NCBI GenBank assembly: GCA_049512315.1
Contig: JBEKXF010000003.1
Span: forward strand, 124,001 to 187,569
Direction of reading: 5' to 3'
DNA length: 63,569 nt
From: Candidatus Aminicenantales bacterium
GTDB lineage: Bacteria; Acidobacteriota; Aminicenantia; Aminicenantales; Saccharicenantaceae
Shown: one piece after another, positions 47,301 through 56,100 of the stretch
Position numbering within the stretch: position 1 is the first letter of the stretch
Layout of the letters: every line of letters starts with the position of its first letter
Position numbers and translations under genes: made by a program
The notes under the pieces: generated by a model
Databases searched by the model: none
Seen by the model: only the letters and a program-made list of their open reading frames with translations
Told to the model about the DNA's origin: nothing

Positions 47301-50081
47301 ATGACCAAGAAATGCTTTCTGATCCTGGCCACCATCTTGATTCTCGGGACCACGCTCTTCCCCCAGTCCCGGGAGACAGGCGCCATCCGAGGCGTCGTCA
47401 CGGACGAGCAGGGGACGCTCCTGCCCGGCGTCAACATGACGCTTTCGGGCGGAAACCTCATGGGGGTGCGCACCTTCGTCACCGACTCCAGCGGAGAGTT
47501 CAGGTTCCCGGCCCTGCCTCCCGGCGTCTACCAGGTCAAGGCCGAGCTCCAGGGCTTTGGGACGGTTGTCCAAGAGAAGATACGATTGACGACGACGACC
47601 ACGCTGGCCGTTGAGATCAAGCTGAAGGCGTCGACCATCGCCGAGCAGGTTACGGTCATCGCCCAGTCTCCGACCGTCGACGTCAAATCGACGGAGACGG
47701 CCTCCGTGACCCTCACCAACGAGGTCCTGCGCAACATCCCCTATTCCCAGTTCACGGCCGACATCGTCAACATGGCTCCGGGAGTCAACAATAACGTCGC
47801 CTACGGCGGTTCGTCGGACACCGGCATCGCTTATTCGATGGACGGGGTCAACGTCGCCGACCCGGAAGCCGGCTCCGCCTGGGTCTTTCTCGATCACAAC
47901 ATCATCGAGGAAGCCAAGGTCATGGGCATCGGTCTGCCGGCCGAATACGGCAACTTCACGGGCGTCATCTTCAACCTCGTGACCAAGTCCGGCGGCAACC
48001 AGTTCGCGGGTCACGTCGAATTCGATTTCCAAGGCAAGAAGGGCGACTGGCCGAAGGGGCTCTGGCAGACCAATAATAACCAGGCCTACACGACGGATTT
48101 CCCCGATCTGACGTCTCCTCTCTCGAAACTCCTCGACATGAACGCCCACCTGGGCGGACCTATCATCCGGGACAAGCTCTGGTTCTATGCAGGAATCCAA
48201 TACTACCACTCACAGGACTACCCCACGGGCTTCCCCGAGGCGGTGGCCTACAAGCAGCCCCGGGGCTTCCTCAAGCTGACGGCCCAGCTGACCCGGACCC
48301 TGAACGCCAGCGCTTCGATCGAGATCGATAACTACAAAGGCGTCAACCGCGACGGCGGGGCCACGGTATCGCCCGAGGCGACGGTGACCCAGGATTCGCC
48401 CGAGATCGTCGCCAACTTCAATTTGACCAAAATTCTCAGCCCCAAGACGTTCTTTGACATCAAGGGTGCTTACTTCTCCGGCTATTACTACCTCGACCCG
48501 GCGGTCGGCCGGACGCCCTACATGCATTTCGATTACGCCGACAACATGCAGAGAGACAGCTCCGGATATTTTTTCTACGCCGACCGGAGCCGGTTCCAGG
48601 CCAACGCCAGCCTGACCCACTACGTCGAGAACTTCATCAAGGGCAGCCATGACTTCAAGTTCGGCGTCGAGGTCGAGCGCTCGGACGTCCGCGACCGCTA
48701 CGGCTACACTGGAGTGGGCGGGGCCCTGGGCGACCACGTCAAGTATTTTAACTACTCCGGCCAGCCGTACCTGGCGTACCAGTTCGAAGGCTACGACACG
48801 GACACGCACTATACGAGGGTCGAGGGCTTCCTTCAGGATTCCTGGCAGATCACGAAGCGCCTGAACCTGAGCGCCGGCGCCCGCCTCAGCCATTTCTGGG
48901 GCCAGGTCAAGAACGTGAGCGGCAACCTCTACAACGCCGGCCGGATCGTCCCCCGGCTGGGCTTTACCTTCGACCTCTTCGGCGACAAGAAGACCGTCCT
49001 CAAGGGGCACTTCGGCCAGTTCACGGAAGCCATGCTGTCCCAGTTTCTCGACAGGATGAACCCGGCCTCCGCCTATCATGACTATGTCGGATATATCTAT
49101 GGAGAAGGCGGATGGAGCGAATTCGAGAGAATCTCCCACGAGGACCTCTACCACATGGACCCGAACATCAAGCATCCGTACATGCAGCAATTCACGCTCG
49201 GCCTCGAGCGGGAGCTCTTCAAGGACTCGTCACTCAGTGTGACCTATATCAACCGGCAATGGAAGAGCCTCGTCGGGGCGATCGACCGGGCGGCGGACTA
49301 CAACCTCATCGACTACACAGTCCCCTATGCCTGGAACTCCTCGACGAAACAATGGGAAGCGGGCTCGACGGTCTATCCAATCTATGAACGGACCCCTGAC
49401 ACGACGAGCTCGTTCGATTACCTGATCACCAATTACTCCACGGCCGACAGTCCCTGGGTCCTCGACAATCCTGTCCGCAAGTACCAAGGAGTGGAGTTCC
49501 TCTTCAACAAACGTTTCTCGAACCGCTGGCAGCTTCTGGCCTCCTACGTCCTTTCGCGGGCGACGGGGACCCTCGACAACGTCATGGCCAGCGATCTCGG
49601 GAGGGCGACCGGCATCAACATCTCGGACCCCAACACCTGGATCAACGCCCGGGGCCATCTGACCAACGACCCGACCCACATGATCAAGGTCCAGGGCACC
49701 TACCTTATTCCCTGGGCCGAGGTCAACTTCAACGTCTACTTCCGGGCCATCACCGGCGACGCCTGGACGACCCGCTACCAGACGGACTTCCTGAACCAGG
49801 GCCGGGTCACCTTCTTCCTCGAGCCGCGCGGGACGAGCCACTATCCGATGCACAAGCTCCTGGACCTTCGGCTCGAAAAGATCGTCACCCTGGCCAGGAG
49901 GTACCGGCTCGGACTCATCGTCGACGTTTTCAACGTCTTCAATGCCCGGATGATCAACTCGTGGGGCACCCGCCTCGGCTACGACTGGAACCTGGGAGAT
50001 TGGCCGTCGACGAGCGGCCACGAGCTCTACGACATCGTTCTTCCGCGACAGGCCAGGGTCGGGATCCGGGTCATTTTCTGA
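47301..50081 (+). CDS. Oar-type TonB-dependent receptor with N-terminal carboxypeptidase-regulatory-like domain (paralog 1)
   Basis: Signal peptide; GAIRGVVTDEQG..LPGV; plug (APGV...DGV...IEE.KV...PAEYG..TG.I.NLVTKSGGN.F.G); HDFKFG, QDSWQI, PRLGF.FD, C-terminal RVGIRVIF. Confidence 0.93.
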   Translation: MTKKCFLILATILILGTTLFPQSRETGAIRGVVTDEQGTLLPGVNMTLSGGNLMGVRTFVTDSSGEFRFPALPPGVYQVKAELQGFGTVVQEKIRLTTTTTLAVEIKLKASTIAEQVTVIAQSPTVDVKSTETASVTLTNEVLRNIPYSQFTADIVNMAPGVNNNVAYGGSSDTGIAYSMDGVNVADPEAGSAWVFLDHNIIEEAKVMGIGLPAEYGNFTGVIFNLVTKSGGNQFAGHVEFDFQGKKGDWPKGLWQTNNNQAYTTDFPDLTSPLSKLLDMNAHLGGPIIRDKLWFYAGIQYYHSQDYPTGFPEAVAYKQPRGFLKLTAQLTRTLNASASIEIDNYKGVNRDGGATVSPEATVTQDSPEIVANFNLTKILSPKTFFDIKGAYFSGYYYLDPAVGRTPYMHFDYADNMQRDSSGYFFYADRSRFQANASLTHYVENFIKGSHDFKFGVEVERSDVRDRYGYTGVGGALGDHVKYFNYSGQPYLAYQFEGYDTDTHYTRVEGFLQDSWQITKRLNLSAGARLSHFWGQVKNVSGNLYNAGRIVPRLGFTFDLFGDKKTVLKGHFGQFTEAMLSQFLDRMNPASAYHDYVGYIYGEGGWSEFERISHEDLYHMDPNIKHPYMQQFTLGLERELFKDSSLSVTYINRQWKSLVGAIDRAADYNLIDYTVPYAWNSSTKQWEAGSTVYPIYERTPDTTSSFDYLITNYSTADSPWVLDNPVRKYQGVEFLFNKRFSNRWQLLASYVLSRATGTLDNVMASDLGRATGINISDPNTWINARGHLTNDPTHMIKVQGTYLIPWAEVNFNVYFRAITGDAWTTRYQTDFLNQGRVTFFLEPRGTSHYPMHKLLDLRLEKIVTLARRYRLGLIVDVFNVFNARMINSWGTRLGYDWNLGDWPSTSGHELYDIVLPRQARVGIRVIF

Positions 50082-50105
50082 TCCCGGCTCGGAACGCGTC
50101 CCAAC

Positions 50106-50134
50106 GGCGGCGGGCCCTCCCGCCGCCTTTTTTT
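50106..50134 (+). terminator. Rho-independent terminator after receptor 1
   Basis: GGCGGCGGG-CCCT-CCCGCCGCC followed by T7. Confidence 0.85.
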
Positions 50135-50245
50135 ATCCAAAAATATGCATCGGATCTGCTTCGGATCCAATTTTTTATGCGTGCCGGGCGCCGACTAGAA
50201 GCCGATCTTGCTGATCGTTAATAAGTTACGGGACGACGATGCTGT

Positions 50246-50261
50246 TGGCACCGATTTTGCT
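50246..50261 (+). promoter_or_regulatory. sigma54 (-24/-12) promoter upstream of receptor 2
   Basis: TGGCAC-CGATT-TTGCT, a full match to the consensus. Confidence 0.78.
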
Positions 50262-50327
50262 GCGATGAAGGCGGACCGGGAAGTGTCCGATTCTGGGAAA
50301 AAGGCCAGGGCGAAGAATTCAAATTTC

Positions 50328-50357
50328 TTGACACGGACGCTTTCTTTTTATGATAAT
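50328..50357 (+). promoter_or_regulatory. sigma70-type promoter upstream of receptor 2
   Basis: TTGACA-N18-GATAAT. Confidence 0.55.
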
Positions 50358-50577
50358 GTGGTCGAAATTATGAGGATCCTGAAAGCCAGAGACCTTCACC
50401 GGCTGACCTCGCGCCTAGCCTACGTTCTCAACCCCGGACTCTAACGGCCCTGAATCCCGGCATGAAAACCAGGGGGTTTCCTGTTATATCCTTAATTCAG
50501 AGGAGGTGACGCACGAGAAACGATCCGATCGAACAGGCACTCGTCATAACGTTTGGAAATCTGGAATGGAGGGAAAT

Positions 50578-53451
50578 ATGAAAAAACCTACCCTCTTCGT
50601 ACTAGCACTCCTCCTCCTCACCGCGTTCACGTTCTCCCAGTCCCGCGAGACCGGGGCCATCACGGGCAGGGTGGCCGACGAGCAGGGAACCTCCCTGCCC
50701 GGCGTCAACCTGACACTGAGCAGCCAGAAACTGATGGGCATCCGGACGACCGTCAGCGACTCGAACGGGGATTTTCGCTTCCCGGCTCTTCCGCCCGGCG
50801 TTTACAGCTTGAAGGCCGAGCTCCAGGGCTTCGGGACGGTCGTCCAGGAGAATATCCGCTTGACGACCACGGTTACCCTGAGCCTGAGCCTCACCCTGAA
50901 GCCCTCGACCGTCGAGGAAAAGGTCACGGTCATCGCTAAATCGCCGACGGTCGACATCAAGTCCACAGAGACGGCCTCGGTCACCCTCGGCGAAGAAGTC
51001 CTGTCGAATATTCCGAACAGCCACTTCACGGCCGACATCGTGAACCAGGCGCCGGGCGTTACCGACCGCGTCGCCTACGGCTCCGCCGTCAGCCGCGGCG
51101 TGTCCTGGCAGATGGACGGCGTGGGCGTCGGCGACCCGGAGGGCGGCACGGCCTGGGTCTTCCTCAACTACAACATCATCGAGGAAGCCAAGGTCATGGG
51201 CGTGGCCCTGCCGGCCGAATACGGGAATTTCACCGGCGTCATTTTTAACCTGGTCACGAAGCAAGGGGGAAACCAGTTCTCCGGGACTTTCGAGGTCGAC
51301 GCCCAGGGCCACGAGGCCCGGGAAGGCCTCAAAGGCACCTTCCCCGGCGGCTCCCTCTGGGGCACGGAAAATAACAGTGCCTATCGCGCCGATTGGCCGG
51401 ACATCACCTCTCCCCTGTCGGCCCAGCTTGACGCCAACGCCCAGCTCGGCGGTCCGATCATCAAAGACAAGCTCTGGTTCTTCGGCGGGGCCCAGTGGTA
51501 CCGGACCCAGAACTTCGCCACGGGCTTCCCATTTGCCCAGGACTATAAGCAGCCCCGACTCTTCTTTAAGCTGAACAACCAGACTACGCCGACCCTGAAC
51601 ATCGGGGCGTCCTTCGAATGGGACAACTACAACGGCACCTACCGCGGGGCAAGCGCCACGGTCTCTCCGGAGGCGACCGTCAACCAGATCGATCCCAATG
51701 TCATCGGGAACTTTACCCTGACGAAGATCTTCAGTCCCAAGACGTTCTTCGACATCAAGGCCGCCTTCTTCAGCGGTTACTACAACCTCGAGCCGCGGAC
51801 GGGCCGGGACATCGCCGGGCACTATCTGGACAATACCAACCCCGACCTCCCGCCTGGAGATCCCAACGGCATCGGGCACATGCGGCACTTCAACTCGGGC
51901 TACTTCGGGGAAAACGACCGGAGCCGGTATCAGCTCAACGCCAGCCTGACCCACTACGCCGAAGACTTCATCAAAGGCAGCCACGATTTCAAGTTCGGCG
52001 TCGAGCTCGAGCGATCCATCTCCCGGACCCATTACGGCTACACCGGTCCGGGGGCCTTTTATTATGAAGACTATTGGGGTCCGGCCTACTATTTCCCCGG
52101 ATATAAGCCCGGCTATTATTACACGGGGAACTACCTCCGCACGCAGTACGTCGGCTACAATTACAAAGCCCGGCTCACCCGCCTCGAAGGGTTCGCCCAG
52201 GATGCCTGGCAGATCACCAAGCGCTTGAACCTCAGCCTGGGCTTGCGCTTCAGCCAGAACTGGGGGTCGCTCGCGGGGACGCCCAGCATACAATACAAGG
52301 CGTCTCGCCTCGCCCCGCGGCTGGGCCTGACGTTCGACCTCTTCGGCGACAAAACGACGGTCCTCAAGGCCCACTACGGGCAATACACCGACGGGATGTA
52401 CGCCGCCATCTTTGACCTCGCCGACTCGAGTTATTCGGATAAGGTCTACGAGAAATGGAACCCGCTGACGCAGGCCTGGTATGAAACCAGCCGGGCCGTC
52501 CACGGGACCTATGTCATAGACCCCGGCATCCGGCACCCTTACATGATCCAGTTCACGGCCGGTATCGAACGCGAGCTCTTCAAGGACGCGTCGTTCTCCG
52601 TGACCTACATCAACCGGAGCTTCAAGAACTTCATCGCCGCCATCAACGAGAATGCCGTGTACACGCCCCGCACGGTCAATGTCCCTGATCCCATCGGCAA
52701 GTCGTACACTGTTTTCGACAACACAGGAGGGGCCGACACACCCGCCTGGCACATCACGAACGTCGATAATTTCGCACCGTTCTTCGATCCCTTGCTGAGC
52801 CCCGGGGGCTTCGCGGTCAACCCCTACCGGAAATACTGGGGCCTCGAGTTCCTGTTCAACAAACGCTTCTCCAACCGCTGGCAGCTCCTTGCTTCCTACG
52901 TCTACTCCGTGACCAAGGGCACCATGGACAACAACTCGGCCTACGAGGACATCGGCTTCGGCCGGGGGACCTACGATCCGAATTTCTGGATCAACGCCGA
53001 CGGGCATGTCACGGTCGACCTGCCTCACCAGATCAAGGTCCAGGGGACCTACGCCATACCATACGTGGGCGTCAACTTCAGCCTCTATTACCAGGGCATC
53101 TCCGGCTACACCTGGACGACACGGTATCGGACGCAGTCCTTCAGCCAGGGGCGGATCACCTTCTTTGCCGAGCCGCGCGGCACGGGGCGCTACCCGTTCT
53201 GGAACAACGTGGACGTCCGGCTGGAAAAAACGTTCAACCTGGCGCAGAGATACAAACTCGGGCTGATCTTCGACATTTTCAACCTCTTCAACGCCAATAC
53301 GATCACCAGCTGGGGCACGCGCCTCACGAGGTCCACCGGCTATGACTATTTCCCCATGGACCCGACGTATTCCGTCTCGACGGACCATCACGACCTCTTG
53401 GGTCTGACCTTGCCCAGGCGGGCCAGGCTCGGCATCCGGTTCACGTTCTAG
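50578..53451 (+). CDS. Oar-type TonB-dependent receptor (paralog 2)
   Basis: ATG 50578 after GGAGG; same architecture as paralog 1 with long identical stretches; C-terminal RLGIRFTF. Confidence 0.93.
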   Translation: MKKPTLFVLALLLLTAFTFSQSRETGAITGRVADEQGTSLPGVNLTLSSQKLMGIRTTVSDSNGDFRFPALPPGVYSLKAELQGFGTVVQENIRLTTTVTLSLSLTLKPSTVEEKVTVIAKSPTVDIKSTETASVTLGEEVLSNIPNSHFTADIVNQAPGVTDRVAYGSAVSRGVSWQMDGVGVGDPEGGTAWVFLNYNIIEEAKVMGVALPAEYGNFTGVIFNLVTKQGGNQFSGTFEVDAQGHEAREGLKGTFPGGSLWGTENNSAYRADWPDITSPLSAQLDANAQLGGPIIKDKLWFFGGAQWYRTQNFATGFPFAQDYKQPRLFFKLNNQTTPTLNIGASFEWDNYNGTYRGASATVSPEATVNQIDPNVIGNFTLTKIFSPKTFFDIKAAFFSGYYNLEPRTGRDIAGHYLDNTNPDLPPGDPNGIGHMRHFNSGYFGENDRSRYQLNASLTHYAEDFIKGSHDFKFGVELERSISRTHYGYTGPGAFYYEDYWGPAYYFPGYKPGYYYTGNYLRTQYVGYNYKARLTRLEGFAQDAWQITKRLNLSLGLRFSQNWGSLAGTPSIQYKASRLAPRLGLTFDLFGDKTTVLKAHYGQYTDGMYAAIFDLADSSYSDKVYEKWNPLTQAWYETSRAVHGTYVIDPGIRHPYMIQFTAGIERELFKDASFSVTYINRSFKNFIAAINENAVYTPRTVNVPDPIGKSYTVFDNTGGADTPAWHITNVDNFAPFFDPLLSPGGFAVNPYRKYWGLEFLFNKRFSNRWQLLASYVYSVTKGTMDNNSAYEDIGFGRGTYDPNFWINADGHVTVDLPHQIKVQGTYAIPYVGVNFSLYYQGISGYTWTTRYRTQSFSQGRITFFAEPRGTGRYPFWNNVDVRLEKTFNLAQRYKLGLIFDIFNLFNANTITSWGTRLTRSTGYDYFPMDPTYSVSTDHHDLLGLTLPRRARLGIRFTF

Positions 53452-53475
53452 CTCTTTCCCTGCAGACGCTCGAAG

Positions 53476-53507
53476 GGGCGGCGGGCCGGCCCGCCGCCCT
53501 TTTTTTT
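53476..53507 (+). terminator. Rho-independent terminator after receptor 2
   Basis: GGGCGGCGGG-CCGG-CCCGCCGCCC followed by T8; homologous to the receptor 1 terminator. Confidence 0.88.
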
Positions 53508-53616
53508 CCTCAAAAGGCGCTCAAAATCAACTTGACGGGGCCCTCCGGACGGCTGCCCGGGCGGATCGCTGCGACAGGAAATCCAGACGGATTTATGCTA
53601 GAATTCGTTCTTCATC

Positions 53617-55944
53617 ATGAATGCCAAGAAGCGGCTGATCTCCGGCGCGGTTGTCCTGGCCGTGCTCCTGCTCTGCGCGACGGCCTATCTTTTCCTATGG
53701 CCGGGGAGGCCGGATTTCGCCCGCCTCCGAGGCCGGAAAGACTTCAACGTCATCCTGATCACTCTCGACACGACCCGCGCCGACCGCCTCGGCTGCTATG
53801 GCTTCAAGAACATCGAAACCCCGACGATCGACATGTTCGCGGGGAAGGGGATCCGGTTCGAAGATTGTATTTCCACGACGCCATTGACCCTGCCCGCCCA
53901 TACGTCGATCATGACGGGGACGCTGCCGCCCTTTCACGGCGTCCGGGACAACGGCGGGTTCCTCGTCCCGGCCGGGATCAAGACCCTGGCCAAAATCTTC
54001 AAGGGCAAGGGCTATGCCACGAGCGCGTTTGTCGCCGCCTATGTCCTCGATTCCCACTGGGGGCTCAATAAGGGCTTCGATTTCTATTATGACCGGTTCG
54101 ACTTGAGCAAGTTCGAGAAGATATCCCTCGGCGACGTTCAACGCCCTGGAAACGAGGTCATCGATAAGGTCTTGCCCTGGCTCGAGCAGAACAAAGGCCG
54201 GAAATTCTTCACCTGGGTCCATCTGTATGACCCCCATACGCCTTACGATCCCCCCGCACCCTACGACAAGCTCTACGCCGAACACCCTTATCTCGGCGAG
54301 ATCGCCTTCGCCGATTCCCAGATCGGGCGGCTCTGGCATTACCTCGAGGCCCAGGGCCTTACGGATAACTTGTTCCTCGTGTTTGCCGCCGACCACGGCG
54401 AAAGCCTGGGCGAGCACCAGGAAGCCTCCCACGGCTTTTTCGTTTATCAGGCCGCCGTCCATGTGCCCCTGATCTTCGTCACGCCCTTCACGAAGATTCA
54501 GGGCGTCGTTTCGCCGGGAGTCGTCTCGATCGCCGACATCATGCCCACGGTCTGCGAGATGACCGGCACGCCCATCCCTCCCCAGGTCCAGGGGAAGAGC
54601 CTGGTGTCCGCGTTCTTCAACCCGAAACGCACGCCGGAAAGCTACGCTTATTCCGAGACGTTCTATCCGCGGTTCCACTACGGCTGGTCCGAACTCGAGG
54701 CCATCCAGGACGCCCGGTACAAGCTCATCCTGTCGCCCGTGCCGGAACTCTATGACCTGGTCAAGGATCCCCAGGAAGAAAAGAACCTCGTCTACCTGGA
54801 AAAGAAGGTGTTCGAGGACATGAGCGCCGCGGCCCAAAAGTTCATCGCCAAGTCGAGCCAAAACGCCTACGAATTCGACGTGCGGAAGATCGACGAAGAC
54901 ACCCGCGAGAAGCTGGCCGCCCTGGGCTACATCGGCTCCTTCACCGACCCGGCCAAGCTCAAGGGCCAGAAACTCGGAAACCCCAGGGAGAAAATCGGCA
55001 TCTTCAACGAGCTCAACCGGGCCCGCGAGATCGGCATGTCCGACCAGGCCGAGGAGGCGATCAAGATCGTCAAGGGGATTATCGCGACCGACCCTGAGGT
55101 GACCGACGCCTATTTCACGCTCGGCAACATCTATTTCAAGGAGCGGCGGTTCAAGGAGGCCATCGCCCCGTTCCTTGCGGCCTTCGAAAAAAAGCCCGAC
55201 GATGCGTTCACGGTCATCAACGTCGCCAATTCCTACATCGCGATGAGGAAGTTCGACGAGGCCGAGGCCTTCGTCCTGGATTATTTCAAGAAAGGGTTCT
55301 CCGACGCCCAGCTCTATTACCTCCTCGGCAACATGAACTTCGTCCAGAAGAAATACGACAAGGCCATTCCCTATTTCGAGAAGTGCCTGTCCCTCAATGA
55401 CCAATCCGTCTCCTCGCATAACGCCCTGGCCGCCATTGACATCGACCAAGGCAACCTGGCCGGAGCCGACGAGCACATCCAGGCGGCGCTGAAGATCAAT
55501 CCCGAGCAGACCAACGTCCACTATAATCTGGCCCAGCTCCTCGAAAAGCAGGGCAAGATGCGCGAAGCCGCCGACGCTTACCTTCAAGAGATCCAGATTT
55601 CCCCGAGCCACCTCAAGGCCCTGTTCAACCTCTCGAGACTCTACCGGCTGGCGGGGGATGAGGAGAAGGAACTCGAATATCTGAAGAAAGCCGTCGAAGC
55701 CAACCCTCGATTCCCCATGAGCTACTTATATATCGCCAGGATTTATCTCAACCGCGGGGCGAATTATCAAGAAGCCATCACCATGGCCAGGAAGGGTGTT
55801 GATCTCGGGCCCGACAAAAGCGACCTGGCGCTCGGCTACTTTCTGCTGGCCGATCTTTATAACCGCGTCGGGGACGACGCCCGGTCGCGGGAATTCGCCC
55901 AAAAAGGCCAGGCCCTCGCCTCGGCGCTTAAGGGGAAGAATTAG
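53617..55944 (+). CDS. Membrane-anchored sulfatase-like (alkaline phosphatase superfamily) hydrolase/transferase with C-terminal TPRs (paralog 1)
   Basis: N-terminal TM; NVILITLDTTRAD, PLTLPAHTSIMTG, HLYDPH.PY, ADHGE, ELYDL..DP.E..N, LAALGY; then TPRs. Confidence 0.9.
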   Translation: MNAKKRLISGAVVLAVLLLCATAYLFLWPGRPDFARLRGRKDFNVILITLDTTRADRLGCYGFKNIETPTIDMFAGKGIRFEDCISTTPLTLPAHTSIMTGTLPPFHGVRDNGGFLVPAGIKTLAKIFKGKGYATSAFVAAYVLDSHWGLNKGFDFYYDRFDLSKFEKISLGDVQRPGNEVIDKVLPWLEQNKGRKFFTWVHLYDPHTPYDPPAPYDKLYAEHPYLGEIAFADSQIGRLWHYLEAQGLTDNLFLVFAADHGESLGEHQEASHGFFVYQAAVHVPLIFVTPFTKIQGVVSPGVVSIADIMPTVCEMTGTPIPPQVQGKSLVSAFFNPKRTPESYAYSETFYPRFHYGWSELEAIQDARYKLILSPVPELYDLVKDPQEEKNLVYLEKKVFEDMSAAAQKFIAKSSQNAYEFDVRKIDEDTREKLAALGYIGSFTDPAKLKGQKLGNPREKIGIFNELNRAREIGMSDQAEEAIKIVKGIIATDPEVTDAYFTLGNIYFKERRFKEAIAPFLAAFEKKPDDAFTVINVANSYIAMRKFDEAEAFVLDYFKKGFSDAQLYYLLGNMNFVQKKYDKAIPYFEKCLSLNDQSVSSHNALAAIDIDQGNLAGADEHIQAALKINPEQTNVHYNLAQLLEKQGKMREAADAYLQEIQISPSHLKALFNLSRLYRLAGDEEKELEYLKKAVEANPRFPMSYLYIARIYLNRGANYQEAITMARKGVDLGPDKSDLALGYFLLADLYNRVGDDARSREFAQKGQALASALKGKN

Positions 55945-56100
55945 GCTGGCGCGCCGTCCGTCAGTCCTTGAATTTCCGCTGGATCTCGGCCCGGCCCCCG
56001 TCAAGGGTGTTCATCCGGCCCGTCCTCCTCTTCTTTCAAGGGAAGGGCAGAGCCGGCAGGGGAAATCGGGCCTGTTTTATGGTAGAATTTTGACTTCCAG

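Noticed and set aside
50380..50400. AAGCCAGAGACCT in the receptor 2 leader, resembling a cobalamin riboswitch B12 box
   Set aside because: The other conserved cobalamin riboswitch elements (GGGAA...GGTG, GCCCCCGCAACTGT, GCCACTG) were not found in the right order upstream. An Rfam/Infernal scan would settle it.
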